Source of the DNA: an uncultured Actinomycetes bacterium
Lineage (GTDB): Bacteria > SZUA-79 > Acidulodesulfobacterales > Acidulodesulfobacteraceae
Assembly: GCA_964631685.1 (NCBI GenBank)
Contig: CAZVZU010000005.1
Coordinates: 77,079-141,078 of the forward strand
Direction of reading: 5' to 3'
Length of the DNA: 64,000 nt
Numbering within the stretch: the stretch's first letter is position 1; every line of letters starts with the position of its first letter. Under the pieces are notes generated by a model. The model did not search any database. It was not told where the DNA came from and saw only the letters and a list, made by a program, of their open reading frames with translations. Of the stretch, positions 9,206 to 18,884 are shown one piece after another. A program made the position numbers and the translations under genes.

Positions 9206-10591
9206 TTGGAGGAAATGTTTTTGATTGTATTAAGACCTGACAGAGCTTTGGTTACGGGTATTGAGAAGGAAGTTGAGGGTACAGTGGAAGTTCCCGGAGA
9301 TAAATCTATATCCCATAGGGCAGTCATGCTTGGGAGCCTCGCCGTTGGAATTTCAAAAATTGACAATTTATCGCTTTCCCTAGATAATGCGGCGACCGTG
9401 TCCGCATTTAGGAATCTCGGCGTAATAATAAATGAAATCAATTTCGGTAAAAATTCAAAAAAATTTGTCATCAATGGAGTAGGACTTCATGGACTAAAAG
9501 AACCAAAGACCATTATTGATACCGCTAATTCGGGGACGCTTACTAGGCTTATTGCCGGCATACTTTCCGGAAGCGGGTTCTTTTCGGTATTATCCGGGGA
9601 CAAATATTTAAACTCACGTCCTATGGAGCGTATAATTAGGCCGCTAAGCCTCATGGGAGCAAAAATAGTTGGGCGAGAAAATAGAAATTTTTTGCCACTC
9701 GCCATTACCGGAGCAAAATTAAAATCTATTTATTATGAAGTGCCGGTTCCAAGTGCACAGGTTAAATCCTGCGTACTGCTTGCCGCACTTTTTGCTGAAG
9801 GAAATACCGTAATATATGAAAAGAAATCTACAAGAGACCACACGGAAAATTTTCTAAAACTTCAGGGTTATCCTATTATTGTTGAAAGTGTAAATGTTGT
9901 CGGAAATATTATATCCGTAACCGGTGGCGGGGAGCTTCAACCCTTTGAAATGACCGTTCCGGGCGACTTTAGTAGTGCATCATTTTTTATAGCCCTTGCC
10001 CTTTTGCAAAAAAATTCGGAAATTAAAATAAAAAATGTTTTGCTAAATAAAAACAGAATAGGACTCTTGCGTGTTTTAGAGATGATGGGCGCAGATATAG
10101 AAATAATACAAGATGGCAAGGGAATAGAAAGTGTGGGAACAATAACGGCAAAATATTCAAAGCTTCATGGAATCCATGTGCCGCCGGAATTAGTTTCTGA
10201 TATGATAGATGAATTTCCAATTTTTGCGGTAATTGCATCATTTGCCGAGGGAATTACTAAGGTAATCGGAGCTAAAGAATTAAGGGTGAAAGAAAGTGAC
10301 CGTATTAAAACTATAGTTCTTAGTATGAGAAGTTTTGGCGTTAAGATTAAGGAATTGGAAGATGGATTTGAGATAGAAGGGGATTTAAGCAGAACTTGTG
10401 ATGAGGATAATGTAAAATCAAAGAGCAAGGGTTTTGTATCTCTTAACTCCTACGGTGACCATAGAATAGCTATGTCAGTGATAATTATGGGGTTGTTTCT
10501 CAAAAATATAGAGACGGAGATACAAGGTATAGACTGCATAAACACCTCTTTCCCTGAATTTTTTAACAGTGTTATTAAATTAACGGAGTAG
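9206..10591 (+). CDS. aroA: EPSP synthase (start may be a few codons downstream)
   Basis: PGDKSISHR, NSGT, RPMERI, SAQVKS, RDHTE, PGDFSS, RVKESDR, DHRIAM. Confidence 0.95.
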   Translation: MEEMFLIVLRPDRALVTGIEKEVEGTVEVPGDKSISHRAVMLGSLAVGISKIDNLSLSLDNAATVSAFRNLGVIINEINFGKNSKKFVINGVGLHGLKEPKTIIDTANSGTLTRLIAGILSGSGFFSVLSGDKYLNSRPMERIIRPLSLMGAKIVGRENRNFLPLAITGAKLKSIYYEVPVPSAQVKSCVLLAALFAEGNTVIYEKKSTRDHTENFLKLQGYPIIVESVNVVGNIISVTGGGELQPFEMTVPGDFSSASFFIALALLQKNSEIKIKNVLLNKNRIGLLRVLEMMGADIEIIQDGKGIESVGTITAKYSKLHGIHVPPELVSDMIDEFPIFAVIASFAEGITKVIGAKELRVKESDRIKTIVLSMRSFGVKIKELEDGFEIEGDLSRTCDEDNVKSKSKGFVSLNSYGDHRIAMSVIIMGLFLKNIETEIQGIDCINTSFPEFFNSVIKLTE

Positions 10592-10604
10592 AATTAAAAT
10601 AAAT

Positions 10605-11465
10605 ATGAATGTTCTTGTTGCACCATCCGCCGGATTTTGTTTCGGCGTCAAAAGAGCTATTGAAATGGCATCACTTGAAGCCGAGATTTGCAAGCCGTCC
10701 GAAATATTAAACACTCTTGGTCCTATTATTCATAATCCTCAAGTGGTTAAGTCTCTTGAGCTTAAAGGGGTTTATCCGATCGATAATGTGGAAGATAACG
10801 ATTGCAATACCATTATAATAAGGTCTCACGGTGTTAAATTAGACATAATGGATAAACTTAAACATAAGGGAGTAAAAATAGTTGATGCTACATGCCCATT
10901 TGTAAAGCAGGCGCAAAATTATATAACAAAGGCCACATCAAATGGATATTTTATAATTATGGTAGGAGATAAAAGCCATCCGGAGGTTCAAAGCGTAATA
11001 AGTTTTGCCGATAAGGGCAAGTATTTAATAATAAATGATATAAATGATTTCAAGGATATCCCCGTTGCAGAAAAGTTGGCATTAATATCCCAAACTACGC
11101 AAGATGTAAAATTTTATAGTTTCATAATAGATGAAATATCCAAGATTGCCAAAAATGAGGTGGTTGTTTTTAACACTATCTGCGATGCGACAAAATTAAA
11201 ACAGGAAGAGTCTAAGGTTCTTGCTTCCAGCGTTGACGTAATGATAGTTGTCGGGGGCTATAATAGTGCCAACACAAATAAACTTAAGAATATCTGTATG
11301 TCTATCCAAACAAATACATATCACATAGAAACGGAAGTAGAGGTTGACCCAAAATGGTTCATAAATGCTAATACGGTTGGAATCACAGCTGGCGCATCTA
11401 CTCCAGATTGGATAATAAAAAGGGTTGTTGACATGGTACAAAGCGCAGGTGATATTAAAAAATAG
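10605..11465 (+). CDS. ispH: 4-hydroxy-3-methylbut-2-enyl diphosphate reductase
   Basis: GFCFGVKRA, IIHN, SHG, DATCPFV, HPEV, QTT, TICDAT, SANT, GITAGASTP. Confidence 0.95.
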   Translation: MNVLVAPSAGFCFGVKRAIEMASLEAEICKPSEILNTLGPIIHNPQVVKSLELKGVYPIDNVEDNDCNTIIIRSHGVKLDIMDKLKHKGVKIVDATCPFVKQAQNYITKATSNGYFIIMVGDKSHPEVQSVISFADKGKYLIINDINDFKDIPVAEKLALISQTTQDVKFYSFIIDEISKIAKNEVVVFNTICDATKLKQEESKVLASSVDVMIVVGGYNSANTNKLKNICMSIQTNTYHIETEVEVDPKWFINANTVGITAGASTPDWIIKRVVDMVQSAGDIKK

Positions 11466-11489
11466 TTAATGGCAATTAATAATAAAACT

Positions 11490-11540
11490 TAAATTAAGCA
11501 AACAAAAATATTTGCTTAATTTATTTAAATGTGTTAGATT
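11490..11540 (+). promoter_or_regulatory. 13-bp inverted repeat overlapping putative rpsA promoter
   Basis: TAAATTAAGCAAA(11490-11502)-8 nt-TTTGCTTAATTTA(11511-11523); TTGCTT(11512)-17 bp-TAGATT(11535) with extended TG; AGGAGG RBS downstream. Confidence 0.5.
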
Positions 11541-11575
11541 GGTCATATCAATTTTAGGAGGGAGTATCGATATTT

Positions 11576-13189
11576 ATGGCAAAGCAAAATTTTAATCAGG
11601 ACATGTCTTCAGGAAAGGATCCAACGGAGTTTGAGCTTTTACTTGGTGCTTACGAAAATATGAATACCAAGGGACTCATCAGGCAGGGAAAGGTGTTAAA
11701 TATTGATGAAAAGTATATTTATGTCGATGTAGGGGATAAATCTGACGGGATTATCACGGTTGAGGAGGTTTCGTCCGGAGGCAGTGTAGATATTACGGCT
11801 ATGGTCACAGGCGATACTATTGAGGTCTTTGTTGGGCATTATGACGATAAGGTCGGATATTTAATATGTTCGAGGGAGAAAGCGAAAAGCGTATACGCAC
11901 TTGATGATATTGAGAGGGTTTGTAATGACGATGAGGTGATAACCGGAACTGTTGTAGCAAAGACGAGAGGCGGATTAATCATCGATTTGAACGGCGTTAC
12001 CGCATTTTTACCCGGTTCTCAAATAGATGTTAAACTTACGAAGGATTTTGATGTTTTCCTTGGGAAAAGTCTTGAAGTAAAGGTTATAAGCGTGAACAAG
12101 AGAAATTGTAACGTTATAGTTTCAAGGCGTAAGGTCATAGAAGATGCAATTAAAAAATTAAGGGAAAATGTTTTAACAGAGATAAAAGAAGGAGATGTGC
12201 TTGAAGGCATAGTTAAAAATATTACAGATTACGGAGTCTTTGTAGATTTAGGGGGCATGGATGGACTTATTTACATAACGGATATTTCGTGGAAAAGAAT
12301 ATCACACCCTTCGGAAGTGTTGAATCTCGGACAAAAAATAAATGTAAAGGTTATTAAATACGACGAAGAAAAACATAGGGTCTCGCTTGGTTATAAGCAG
12401 CTTTTCAAAGATCCGTGGGAGGATATACTTGAAAGGCATAAACAGGGCGATATAGTTTCCGGTGTCGTGATTAACATTACGGATTACGGCGCATTTATTG
12501 AGCTTGATGACGATGTTGAAGGTCTCATACATGTTTCTGAAATGAGTTGGGATAAAAGGTCCGTTGATTTGAAAACCTTCCTGACAAAAGGGCAGAGAAT
12601 TGATGTATTAATTTTAAATATTGAGCCTGAAACCAAAAAGCTTTCATTGAGCATAAAGAGACTTACGGAAAGCCCGTGGAACAAGTTGAAAGATAGGTAC
12701 GCTGTAGATACCATTGTAGAAGGGATAGTTAAAAATATATATGAGTTTGGTATATCCGTTGAATTAGATGAAAATTTTGATGCATATATCAAACAAAGTG
12801 ATTTTTCTTGGTCAAAAAGAACGAAGCATCCCCAAGAACTATTTAAAGTGGGAGAAAGTATCAAGTGTGTTGTTTTAAACATCGATGAGGACAGACAAAG
12901 GATATTCTTAGGTATAAAACAACTCACAGAGAGTCCATGGAAAAATGTTAAGGATAAATATTCGGTCGGAATGAATGTTTCGGGTGTTGTGTCTAATATT
13001 ACAGAATTTGGAATATTCGTTCTTCTTGAAGACGGTATTGAGGGTTTAATTCATAATTCAAAGATTCCTGATAGCTTTGCTGAAAAAGTTAGTATTACTG
13101 CGGGATCAGATATAGATGCCGAGATAATTATGGTAGATTCGAATGAACAAAAGATCGGTCTATCACTCCTGCATCATGGACAGGGTTAA
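11576..13189 (+). CDS. rpsA: 30S ribosomal protein S1
   Basis: Repeated S1 domains (AFLPGSQID, NITDYGVFVDLGG.DGL, VEGLIHVSEMSW). Confidence 0.95.
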   Translation: MAKQNFNQDMSSGKDPTEFELLLGAYENMNTKGLIRQGKVLNIDEKYIYVDVGDKSDGIITVEEVSSGGSVDITAMVTGDTIEVFVGHYDDKVGYLICSREKAKSVYALDDIERVCNDDEVITGTVVAKTRGGLIIDLNGVTAFLPGSQIDVKLTKDFDVFLGKSLEVKVISVNKRNCNVIVSRRKVIEDAIKKLRENVLTEIKEGDVLEGIVKNITDYGVFVDLGGMDGLIYITDISWKRISHPSEVLNLGQKINVKVIKYDEEKHRVSLGYKQLFKDPWEDILERHKQGDIVSGVVINITDYGAFIELDDDVEGLIHVSEMSWDKRSVDLKTFLTKGQRIDVLILNIEPETKKLSLSIKRLTESPWNKLKDRYAVDTIVEGIVKNIYEFGISVELDENFDAYIKQSDFSWSKRTKHPQELFKVGESIKCVVLNIDEDRQRIFLGIKQLTESPWKNVKDKYSVGMNVSGVVSNITEFGIFVLLEDGIEGLIHNSKIPDSFAEKVSITAGSDIDAEIIMVDSNEQKIGLSLLHHGQG

Positions 13190-13216
13190 CGAATATAAAT
13201 AAAACTATTATTAAGC

Positions 13217-14143
13217 ATGAGAACAGATAGACATCCTTTTCTAGCTGGTTTATTTTTTGTATTTTTATTTGTTTGTGTAGTAGTGTTTGGTATATATATT
13301 GTTTTAATTAAACTTCAGGTGAAGTCCGGTTATGATGTGGTTTCGGGTACTTCCCCGTATGCGATTGGGATAATAAATCTTACTGGCACAATACACAGTT
13401 CATTGAGTTTTATATCTATTCTTAATCATTATAGGCATGAAAGTGATATTAAGGCCATTGTTATTAGGGTTAATTCGCCCGGTGGAGAGGTTGCTCCGTC
13501 TCAGGCAATATATGAGCAGTTAACGAAGTTTAAAAAATATAAAAAGGTCGTGGTCTCGATGGGGTCTGTTGCTGCATCGGGGGCTTATTATATTTCATCT
13601 GCAGCTAATGAAATAGTTGCAGAGCCCGGAACATTAACCGGTTCGATCGGTGTTATCATGGAAATGCCTAATGTACATAAGCTAATGAAGAGGGTCGGCA
13701 TATCCTACAACTACATTGTGAGTGGCCCATATAAAGACATTGGAACGCCTTTCAAAAAAATGTCTCCAGAACAAAGAGAGAAACTTCAAGGCGTTGTAAT
13801 GAACGTGTACGAACAGTTCGTGGAAGCTGTTGCAAAGGGTAGAAATCTTAAGGTTAAATACGTTAAGAAACTTGCGAATGGAATGGTTTATTCCGGACAG
13901 CAGGCTCTCGCATATCATCTTGTTGATAAGCTCGGCGATTTTGAAGATGCAATTCATGCGGCTAAGGTACTATCTGGTATAAAAGGCAAACCTACCCTTG
14001 TTTATCCTGCCACTAGGCAACGTGGCTTTCTTCAATATATTATAAAAAAGGCGGTAAAATCATTTGTTGATTATGTAGGTGATAGAACATTTTTGAAGGG
14101 TTCAGGGCTTGTGGCGTATAACAATATGGAACTAAATTTTTAA
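13217..14143 (+). CDS. sppA: Signal peptide peptidase SppA (36K type)
   Basis: N-terminal TM; RVNSPGG, SMGSVAASGAYYI, TGSIGVI, SGPYKD. Confidence 0.92.
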   Translation: MRTDRHPFLAGLFFVFLFVCVVVFGIYIVLIKLQVKSGYDVVSGTSPYAIGIINLTGTIHSSLSFISILNHYRHESDIKAIVIRVNSPGGEVAPSQAIYEQLTKFKKYKKVVVSMGSVAASGAYYISSAANEIVAEPGTLTGSIGVIMEMPNVHKLMKRVGISYNYIVSGPYKDIGTPFKKMSPEQREKLQGVVMNVYEQFVEAVAKGRNLKVKYVKKLANGMVYSGQQALAYHLVDKLGDFEDAIHAAKVLSGIKGKPTLVYPATRQRGFLQYIIKKAVKSFVDYVGDRTFLKGSGLVAYNNMELNF

Positions 14144-14146
14144 TTT

Positions 14147-14632
14147 ATGGAAATTATTTATGCCCCGTGGCGTATGGATTATTTAGTTAGAGATAAATCA
14201 AAAGATGAATGTGTTTTTTGTGAGGGTAATGTCTGTTTTGAAGATAGGTATGTCCTTTTTAAAGGGGAGCATTCGTACATAAAACTTAATACATTTCCCT
14301 ATAATTGCGGTCATATTCTCGTTATTCCTATGACACATGCCAAAGAACTTAATGGACTTTCGCTGGAGGCAGGTACCGAGATCATGAAGCTTTTGTCTAT
14401 AAGTTGCGATATTTTAAAAAAGGTTTATCATTGCGATGCCATAAATGTAGGATTGAATTTAGGCAAAGCTGCAGGGGCAGGCATTGAGCAGCATTTACAT
14501 TTTCATATAATTCCAAGGTGGGATGGAGATGTTAGTTTCTATACCGTTTGCTCCGAATTGAGGGTTGTTTCTGAGATATTAGACGATACATATGACAAGT
14601 TAATAGGTGATTTTAAGAAAATAAAGCTATAA
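14147..14632 (+). CDS. HIT-family nucleotide hydrolase
   Basis: YAPWRM, CVFC, NTFPYNCGH, NLGKAAGAG, HLHFHIIPRW. Confidence 0.9.
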   Translation: MEIIYAPWRMDYLVRDKSKDECVFCEGNVCFEDRYVLFKGEHSYIKLNTFPYNCGHILVIPMTHAKELNGLSLEAGTEIMKLLSISCDILKKVYHCDAINVGLNLGKAAGAGIEQHLHFHIIPRWDGDVSFYTVCSELRVVSEILDDTYDKLIGDFKKIKL

Positions 14633-14672
14633 ATTCAAAGTTGTTTAAGATTTATCTACGCAGGAGGAACAA

Positions 14673-14930
14673 ATGGTTAAGTTTACAAATCTCGTACTAT
14701 TGATTATTTTTGTCGTTGTTGTGTTGGTATTTACTGCAGATAATCCTGAGCGTGTGAGTATAGTATTTTTTGGTATGCAGTCTATAAAACTCCCCATCTC
14801 TGTTATAGTATTTTCCTCAATTGTAATCGGTATTCTAATTGCTCTTGTATATCATTTTTACGCCGTATATATGCTTAAAAAAAGATTGAAGGGCGAAAGA
14901 GGCAAGGCTACGACAACCAGCTCTATTTAA
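14673..14930 (+). CDS. LapA/DUF1049-like small inner-membrane protein
   Basis: Two TM helices joined by F..N...V.I.F..LP pattern, basic C-tail; AGGAGG RBS. Confidence 0.65.
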   Translation: MVKFTNLVLLIIFVVVVLVFTADNPERVSIVFFGMQSIKLPISVIVFSSIVIGILIALVYHFYAVYMLKKRLKGERGKATTTSSI

Positions 14931-14938
14931 CTGCGTAG

Positions 14939-15874
14939 ATGTTAAGCCTTCAAAAAATAGTCGTCATAGGGGGAGTAACTTGTTCAGGAAAAACAGAAGT
15001 ATCCCTTAAACTGGCGGAATTATTTCCTTCCGAATTTGAGATTGTCAATTTTGATTCGCTTTGTTTTTATAGATATTTTAATATCGGAACAGCAAAGCCT
15101 TCGTGGGACAATAAAAAGAGTCTTAGACACCATCTTTTTGACATAAAATACCCAGATGAGAACTATAATGCACACGATTTTGCCAGAGATGCAAAGTGTG
15201 TTATCCGCGATATATTTAAAAGGGGCAGGGTCCCTCTTTTTGTCGGTGGTACAGCCCTCTACATGAAATCTCTGCTTTACGGTATGTCTCCTATCCCTGA
15301 AATAGACAAGGTGAAATATAGAGATAAAACAATTGAATTGATTGAGAAAATAGGTGTTACGGCCGTTTACGAAAAGCTCAAGGAGATTGATCCGCTATAC
15401 GCAAAAAAAATATCTCAAAACGATAAACAAAGGGTAGCAAGGGCATATGAAGTTTATGAAGCAACGGGTAAGACCTTTTCTTCTTATTTGTCTGCAAATC
15501 CGTTTGGAAAATCTGTCTATGATTGTATATATTTTATTTTAATTCCTCCTAGAGATTCTCTCGAATCGCGTATACTAAAAAGAACGAATAATATTTTAAA
15601 AGAGGGTCTGATGGATGAAATATATAGTATAATCAATAGGGGTTATTCTCGTAATCTAAAGCCGTTTAAAAGCATAGGCTACAAGGAAGGTCTTATGTAT
15701 TTAAACGGTGAGCTCAAAACGACCGAAGAGTTGATTAATAGTATTGTTATTGCTACCAGACAATATGCAAAAAGGCAGGCAACTTATTTTAAGAAGGTAG
15801 AAAATGGTATAATAATGATGTCGACCGATCCGAAAGAAAGAATGAAAACTATAAGGTTACGGTTAGGCATATAA
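14939..15874 (+). CDS. miaA: tRNA dimethylallyltransferase
   Basis: GVTCSGKT, NFDS, IGTAKP, HHLFD, VGGTALY, SIGYKE, TRQYAKRQ. Confidence 0.93.
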   Translation: MLSLQKIVVIGGVTCSGKTEVSLKLAELFPSEFEIVNFDSLCFYRYFNIGTAKPSWDNKKSLRHHLFDIKYPDENYNAHDFARDAKCVIRDIFKRGRVPLFVGGTALYMKSLLYGMSPIPEIDKVKYRDKTIELIEKIGVTAVYEKLKEIDPLYAKKISQNDKQRVARAYEVYEATGKTFSSYLSANPFGKSVYDCIYFILIPPRDSLESRILKRTNNILKEGLMDEIYSIINRGYSRNLKPFKSIGYKEGLMYLNGELKTTEELINSIVIATRQYAKRQATYFKKVENGIIMMSTDPKERMKTIRLRLGI

Positions 15875-15886
15875 ATTAAGAAATTA

Positions 15887-17470
15887 ATGATAGATATCAG
15901 TGGAAATTCCATCAGACATTATTTGCTTGAAATCTTTAATAAATACGGGTATAGCAATGACGGAATGGATGCGATCGAGCGGTTGTGCTCATTTGCGAGG
16001 GATGTCGGATATAATTCATTTTTAGTAGGCGGATTAGTGAGAGATCTTTTGATATACAATATGAAAGTTAACCCTAAGACGTCCTCTCGTTTTAAATCTG
16101 CGAATATCTTTAACGTATTCGATAAAGTAATTTGTAGAAATGCTTGTCTTGATATAGATATTGTACTAGAGGGTGATGCCGAACGATTTGCCGAATTATT
16201 AAGGGAAAGAAGTGATGTTGGTTACATACCCGATTCTATAAAAATTTACAAAAAGTTTAGAACTGCTTCTGTTAAGTTTTTAATTAATAAAAAGTTTTTA
16301 AAAATAGATTTGGCTTCGACAAGAACGGAAAAATACCAAAATCACGGTGCGCTTCCTATAGTCAATATAAATGGAGCAAGTATTGCAAAAGACGTCATTA
16401 GGCGGGATTTTACGATAAATACGCTCTCTCTTAATATTAATACGGGTGTTTTGAAAGATGCTACGTGCCCATTAAGCCTTGCCGAACATTCATTTTTGGA
16501 AGTAAAAGATTATGCGGGTGGGTTATCCGACATATTAAACAAAAAAATCAGAGTATTGCACGATTTAAGTTTCAAAGAGGATCCTACTAGAATAATTAGA
16601 GCCGTTAAGTTTGAGAAGAGACTTGGATTTAATATTGAAAAACATACTAAAAATCTAATCAAGGAAGCGATAGAATTTGGGGCAATAGATAATGTTTCGG
16701 GAAAGAGAATAGTTGCCGAATTGAAACTTTTATTGAATGAAAAAAGTTCATGGATGTATTTTGAAAGGCTTGATAAGCTAAGTGTACTTAGGGCTATTTG
16801 TTCAAATTTAAAATTTGATAATTATACAAAATCGGTTTTCAAAAAAATTCACCGTATAGAAATGATGTATTGTTTGACTAACCGTTTTGTGGTATATGGA
16901 AGGCAAATTGCGATAGGTAAGGAAAATAGGAACAAAGACCGCTTGTTCATATTTTATATCGCAGCGCTTTTACGCCACCTAAGCTCAATTGATTTTGATG
17001 TGGCGGTTAAAAGATTGTCGTTGGACAAAAAAATTAAAAAAATAATAGAGTCTACGTATATGGAAGCGGATAATATATACGATATTGAGAAAAAAAATGG
17101 AGTGGCGTCATATGAATGCGACGGATTTTTAAAATTAAAAAATAGTGAAATATACCTCATGTTTAGAAATTTTAGTGAAAATGGGATTTTGTTTTATCTT
17201 TTAGAAAATGACAATAAAACTGCGAGGAGTTTAAATTTTAAAAAATGGGTTATAAAATATTTAAATAAGATAAGATTTATAGAGCCTGTAATTGATGGAA
17301 ATGAAGTTAAATCTCTCGGTATTTGCGAGGGACCGTTATGCGGCGCTATATTGGAGGAAATTAAACTTTTAAAGATAGATGGAAGGCTTAAATCTAGAAG
17401 AGCAGAGATTCTTTATATTAAAAACAAATACATCCTTAATAAAAAAATGGAGGTGTTAAAAGATGATTGA
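15887..17470 (+). CDS. Class II tRNA nucleotidyltransferase (CCA- or A-adding type)
   Basis: LVGGLVRD, DIDIV (DxD), RTEKY..GALP loop, RRDFTIN, EDPTRIIRA. Confidence 0.85.
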   Translation: MIDISGNSIRHYLLEIFNKYGYSNDGMDAIERLCSFARDVGYNSFLVGGLVRDLLIYNMKVNPKTSSRFKSANIFNVFDKVICRNACLDIDIVLEGDAERFAELLRERSDVGYIPDSIKIYKKFRTASVKFLINKKFLKIDLASTRTEKYQNHGALPIVNINGASIAKDVIRRDFTINTLSLNINTGVLKDATCPLSLAEHSFLEVKDYAGGLSDILNKKIRVLHDLSFKEDPTRIIRAVKFEKRLGFNIEKHTKNLIKEAIEFGAIDNVSGKRIVAELKLLLNEKSSWMYFERLDKLSVLRAICSNLKFDNYTKSVFKKIHRIEMMYCLTNRFVVYGRQIAIGKENRNKDRLFIFYIAALLRHLSSIDFDVAVKRLSLDKKIKKIIESTYMEADNIYDIEKKNGVASYECDGFLKLKNSEIYLMFRNFSENGILFYLLENDNKTARSLNFKKWVIKYLNKIRFIEPVIDGNEVKSLGICEGPLCGAILEEIKLLKIDGRLKSRRAEILYIKNKYILNKKMEVLKDD

Positions 17471-18851
17471 GTTTAGTTTCAAATATGCCTTAAAGTCTGC
17501 AATAGGAGAAAATGGGATAGAGGAGGCAGAGATCCGTTCATTGGAAGGGGATATCGTTAAGGCAAGAAGAAGGCTTAACGAGTTACGGCGAAACAGAGAG
17601 ATTGGCTTTTATGATGAGATAAGTAATATAGAAATGGTTAAGACAGTGAAAGACACCGCGGATAGACTATTTTCAAAAGATTTAGATACATTGTATGTTT
17701 TTGGTATGGGCGGGTCATCACTTGGGGCAATATTTTTAAGGGAAGCCCTGCAAGGTATCTCTCCCAACAACGGTGATGAAGATCAAAAAACGGGGAGCGG
17801 GATTTTTAATAAAAGTGTTAATGTTATTTTTTCTGAAAATATAGATCCGGTATATCTGCGTAAAAATATTGAAAATATTAATATCAGAAAGACCTTGTTT
17901 TGCTTTGTGACAAAGTCCGCTGATACCATAGAAATTGTATCCCAATTTTTTGTCATTAAAGAAATGCTCAAAAATATAATGGAAGATTATAATGGTAATC
18001 TTTTGTTTATCACTGACAAAAAGAGTGGATTTTTAAGGCATTATGCTGATGAAAACGGTTTAAATGTCTTGGATATTGCGAAAAATGTCGGAGGAAGATA
18101 TTCCATCGTGACTGCAGGGACCCTTTTTCCAGCATATGTGATGGGCATAGATATTGATATGTTCTTACATGGGGCAATTTCTTACAGAGATAACATGTTG
18201 AATAAGGGAGTTTTTGAAAATAATCCCGTTTATTCTTTGGCGGCTATAATTTATCTTTACTATAGTCGAAAAAAAAGAAATATATTTGTAATGAATGTGT
18301 ATAGTGATTATTTAAGAGAGTTTTCGAGATGGTTCAGACAACTTTTTGCTGAAAGTCTTGGAAAAGATCTGATATCACCAACCCCCGTTCCCGCGACAGG
18401 GGCTACCGATCAACATTCACAACTTCAACTTTATATGCAGGGACCTCAGGATAAACTGATAGGTTTTTTTTGTTTAAAGAGTTTTCATAAGGATTATCTT
18501 ATAAATACGGCGGGATTTAAAGAGTATGATTATTTAAGTGGTAAAAAAATGTCCGAACTTCTCATTAACGAGCTCAGCGGTGTTGAGCTTGCGCTTGCCA
18601 TCGGCGGAAGACCTTCGTTTAGGGTTATATTAGACAAAATTGACAATTTTACGCTTGGAGAATTATCATTCATGTGTATGGAAACAATTTCCGTTTTAGG
18701 AATGCTTTTGAAAATTAATCCCTTTGATCAACCTGGGGTAGAAAAAGGAAAAAAATTTGCTTACTTGTTGATGGGCAGAAGGGATGAGTCTCTGTCTAAA
18801 GAATTGGCAGAGTTAAACAGGCTAAATAATATACCGGATTTGAGATACTAA
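17463..18851 (+). CDS. pgi: Glucose-6-phosphate isomerase
   Basis: GMGGSSLG, VGGRYS, QLFAESLGK, DQHSQLQ, NPFDQPGVE.GK. Confidence 0.93.
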   Translation: MIEFSFKYALKSAIGENGIEEAEIRSLEGDIVKARRRLNELRRNREIGFYDEISNIEMVKTVKDTADRLFSKDLDTLYVFGMGGSSLGAIFLREALQGISPNNGDEDQKTGSGIFNKSVNVIFSENIDPVYLRKNIENINIRKTLFCFVTKSADTIEIVSQFFVIKEMLKNIMEDYNGNLLFITDKKSGFLRHYADENGLNVLDIAKNVGGRYSIVTAGTLFPAYVMGIDIDMFLHGAISYRDNMLNKGVFENNPVYSLAAIIYLYYSRKKRNIFVMNVYSDYLREFSRWFRQLFAESLGKDLISPTPVPATGATDQHSQLQLYMQGPQDKLIGFFCLKSFHKDYLINTAGFKEYDYLSGKKMSELLINELSGVELALAIGGRPSFRVILDKIDNFTLGELSFMCMETISVLGMLLKINPFDQPGVEKGKKFAYLLMGRRDESLSKELAELNRLNNIPDLRY

Positions 18852-18884
18852 AATCAAGGAATATATATTAAAAATAATCACTAG

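Noticed and set aside
8869..9474. Long antisense ORFs (e.g. 8869-9474, 26723-27340, 27940-28431, 42151-42687)
   Set aside because: Shadows of well-supported genes on the opposite strand, with no motifs or RBS.
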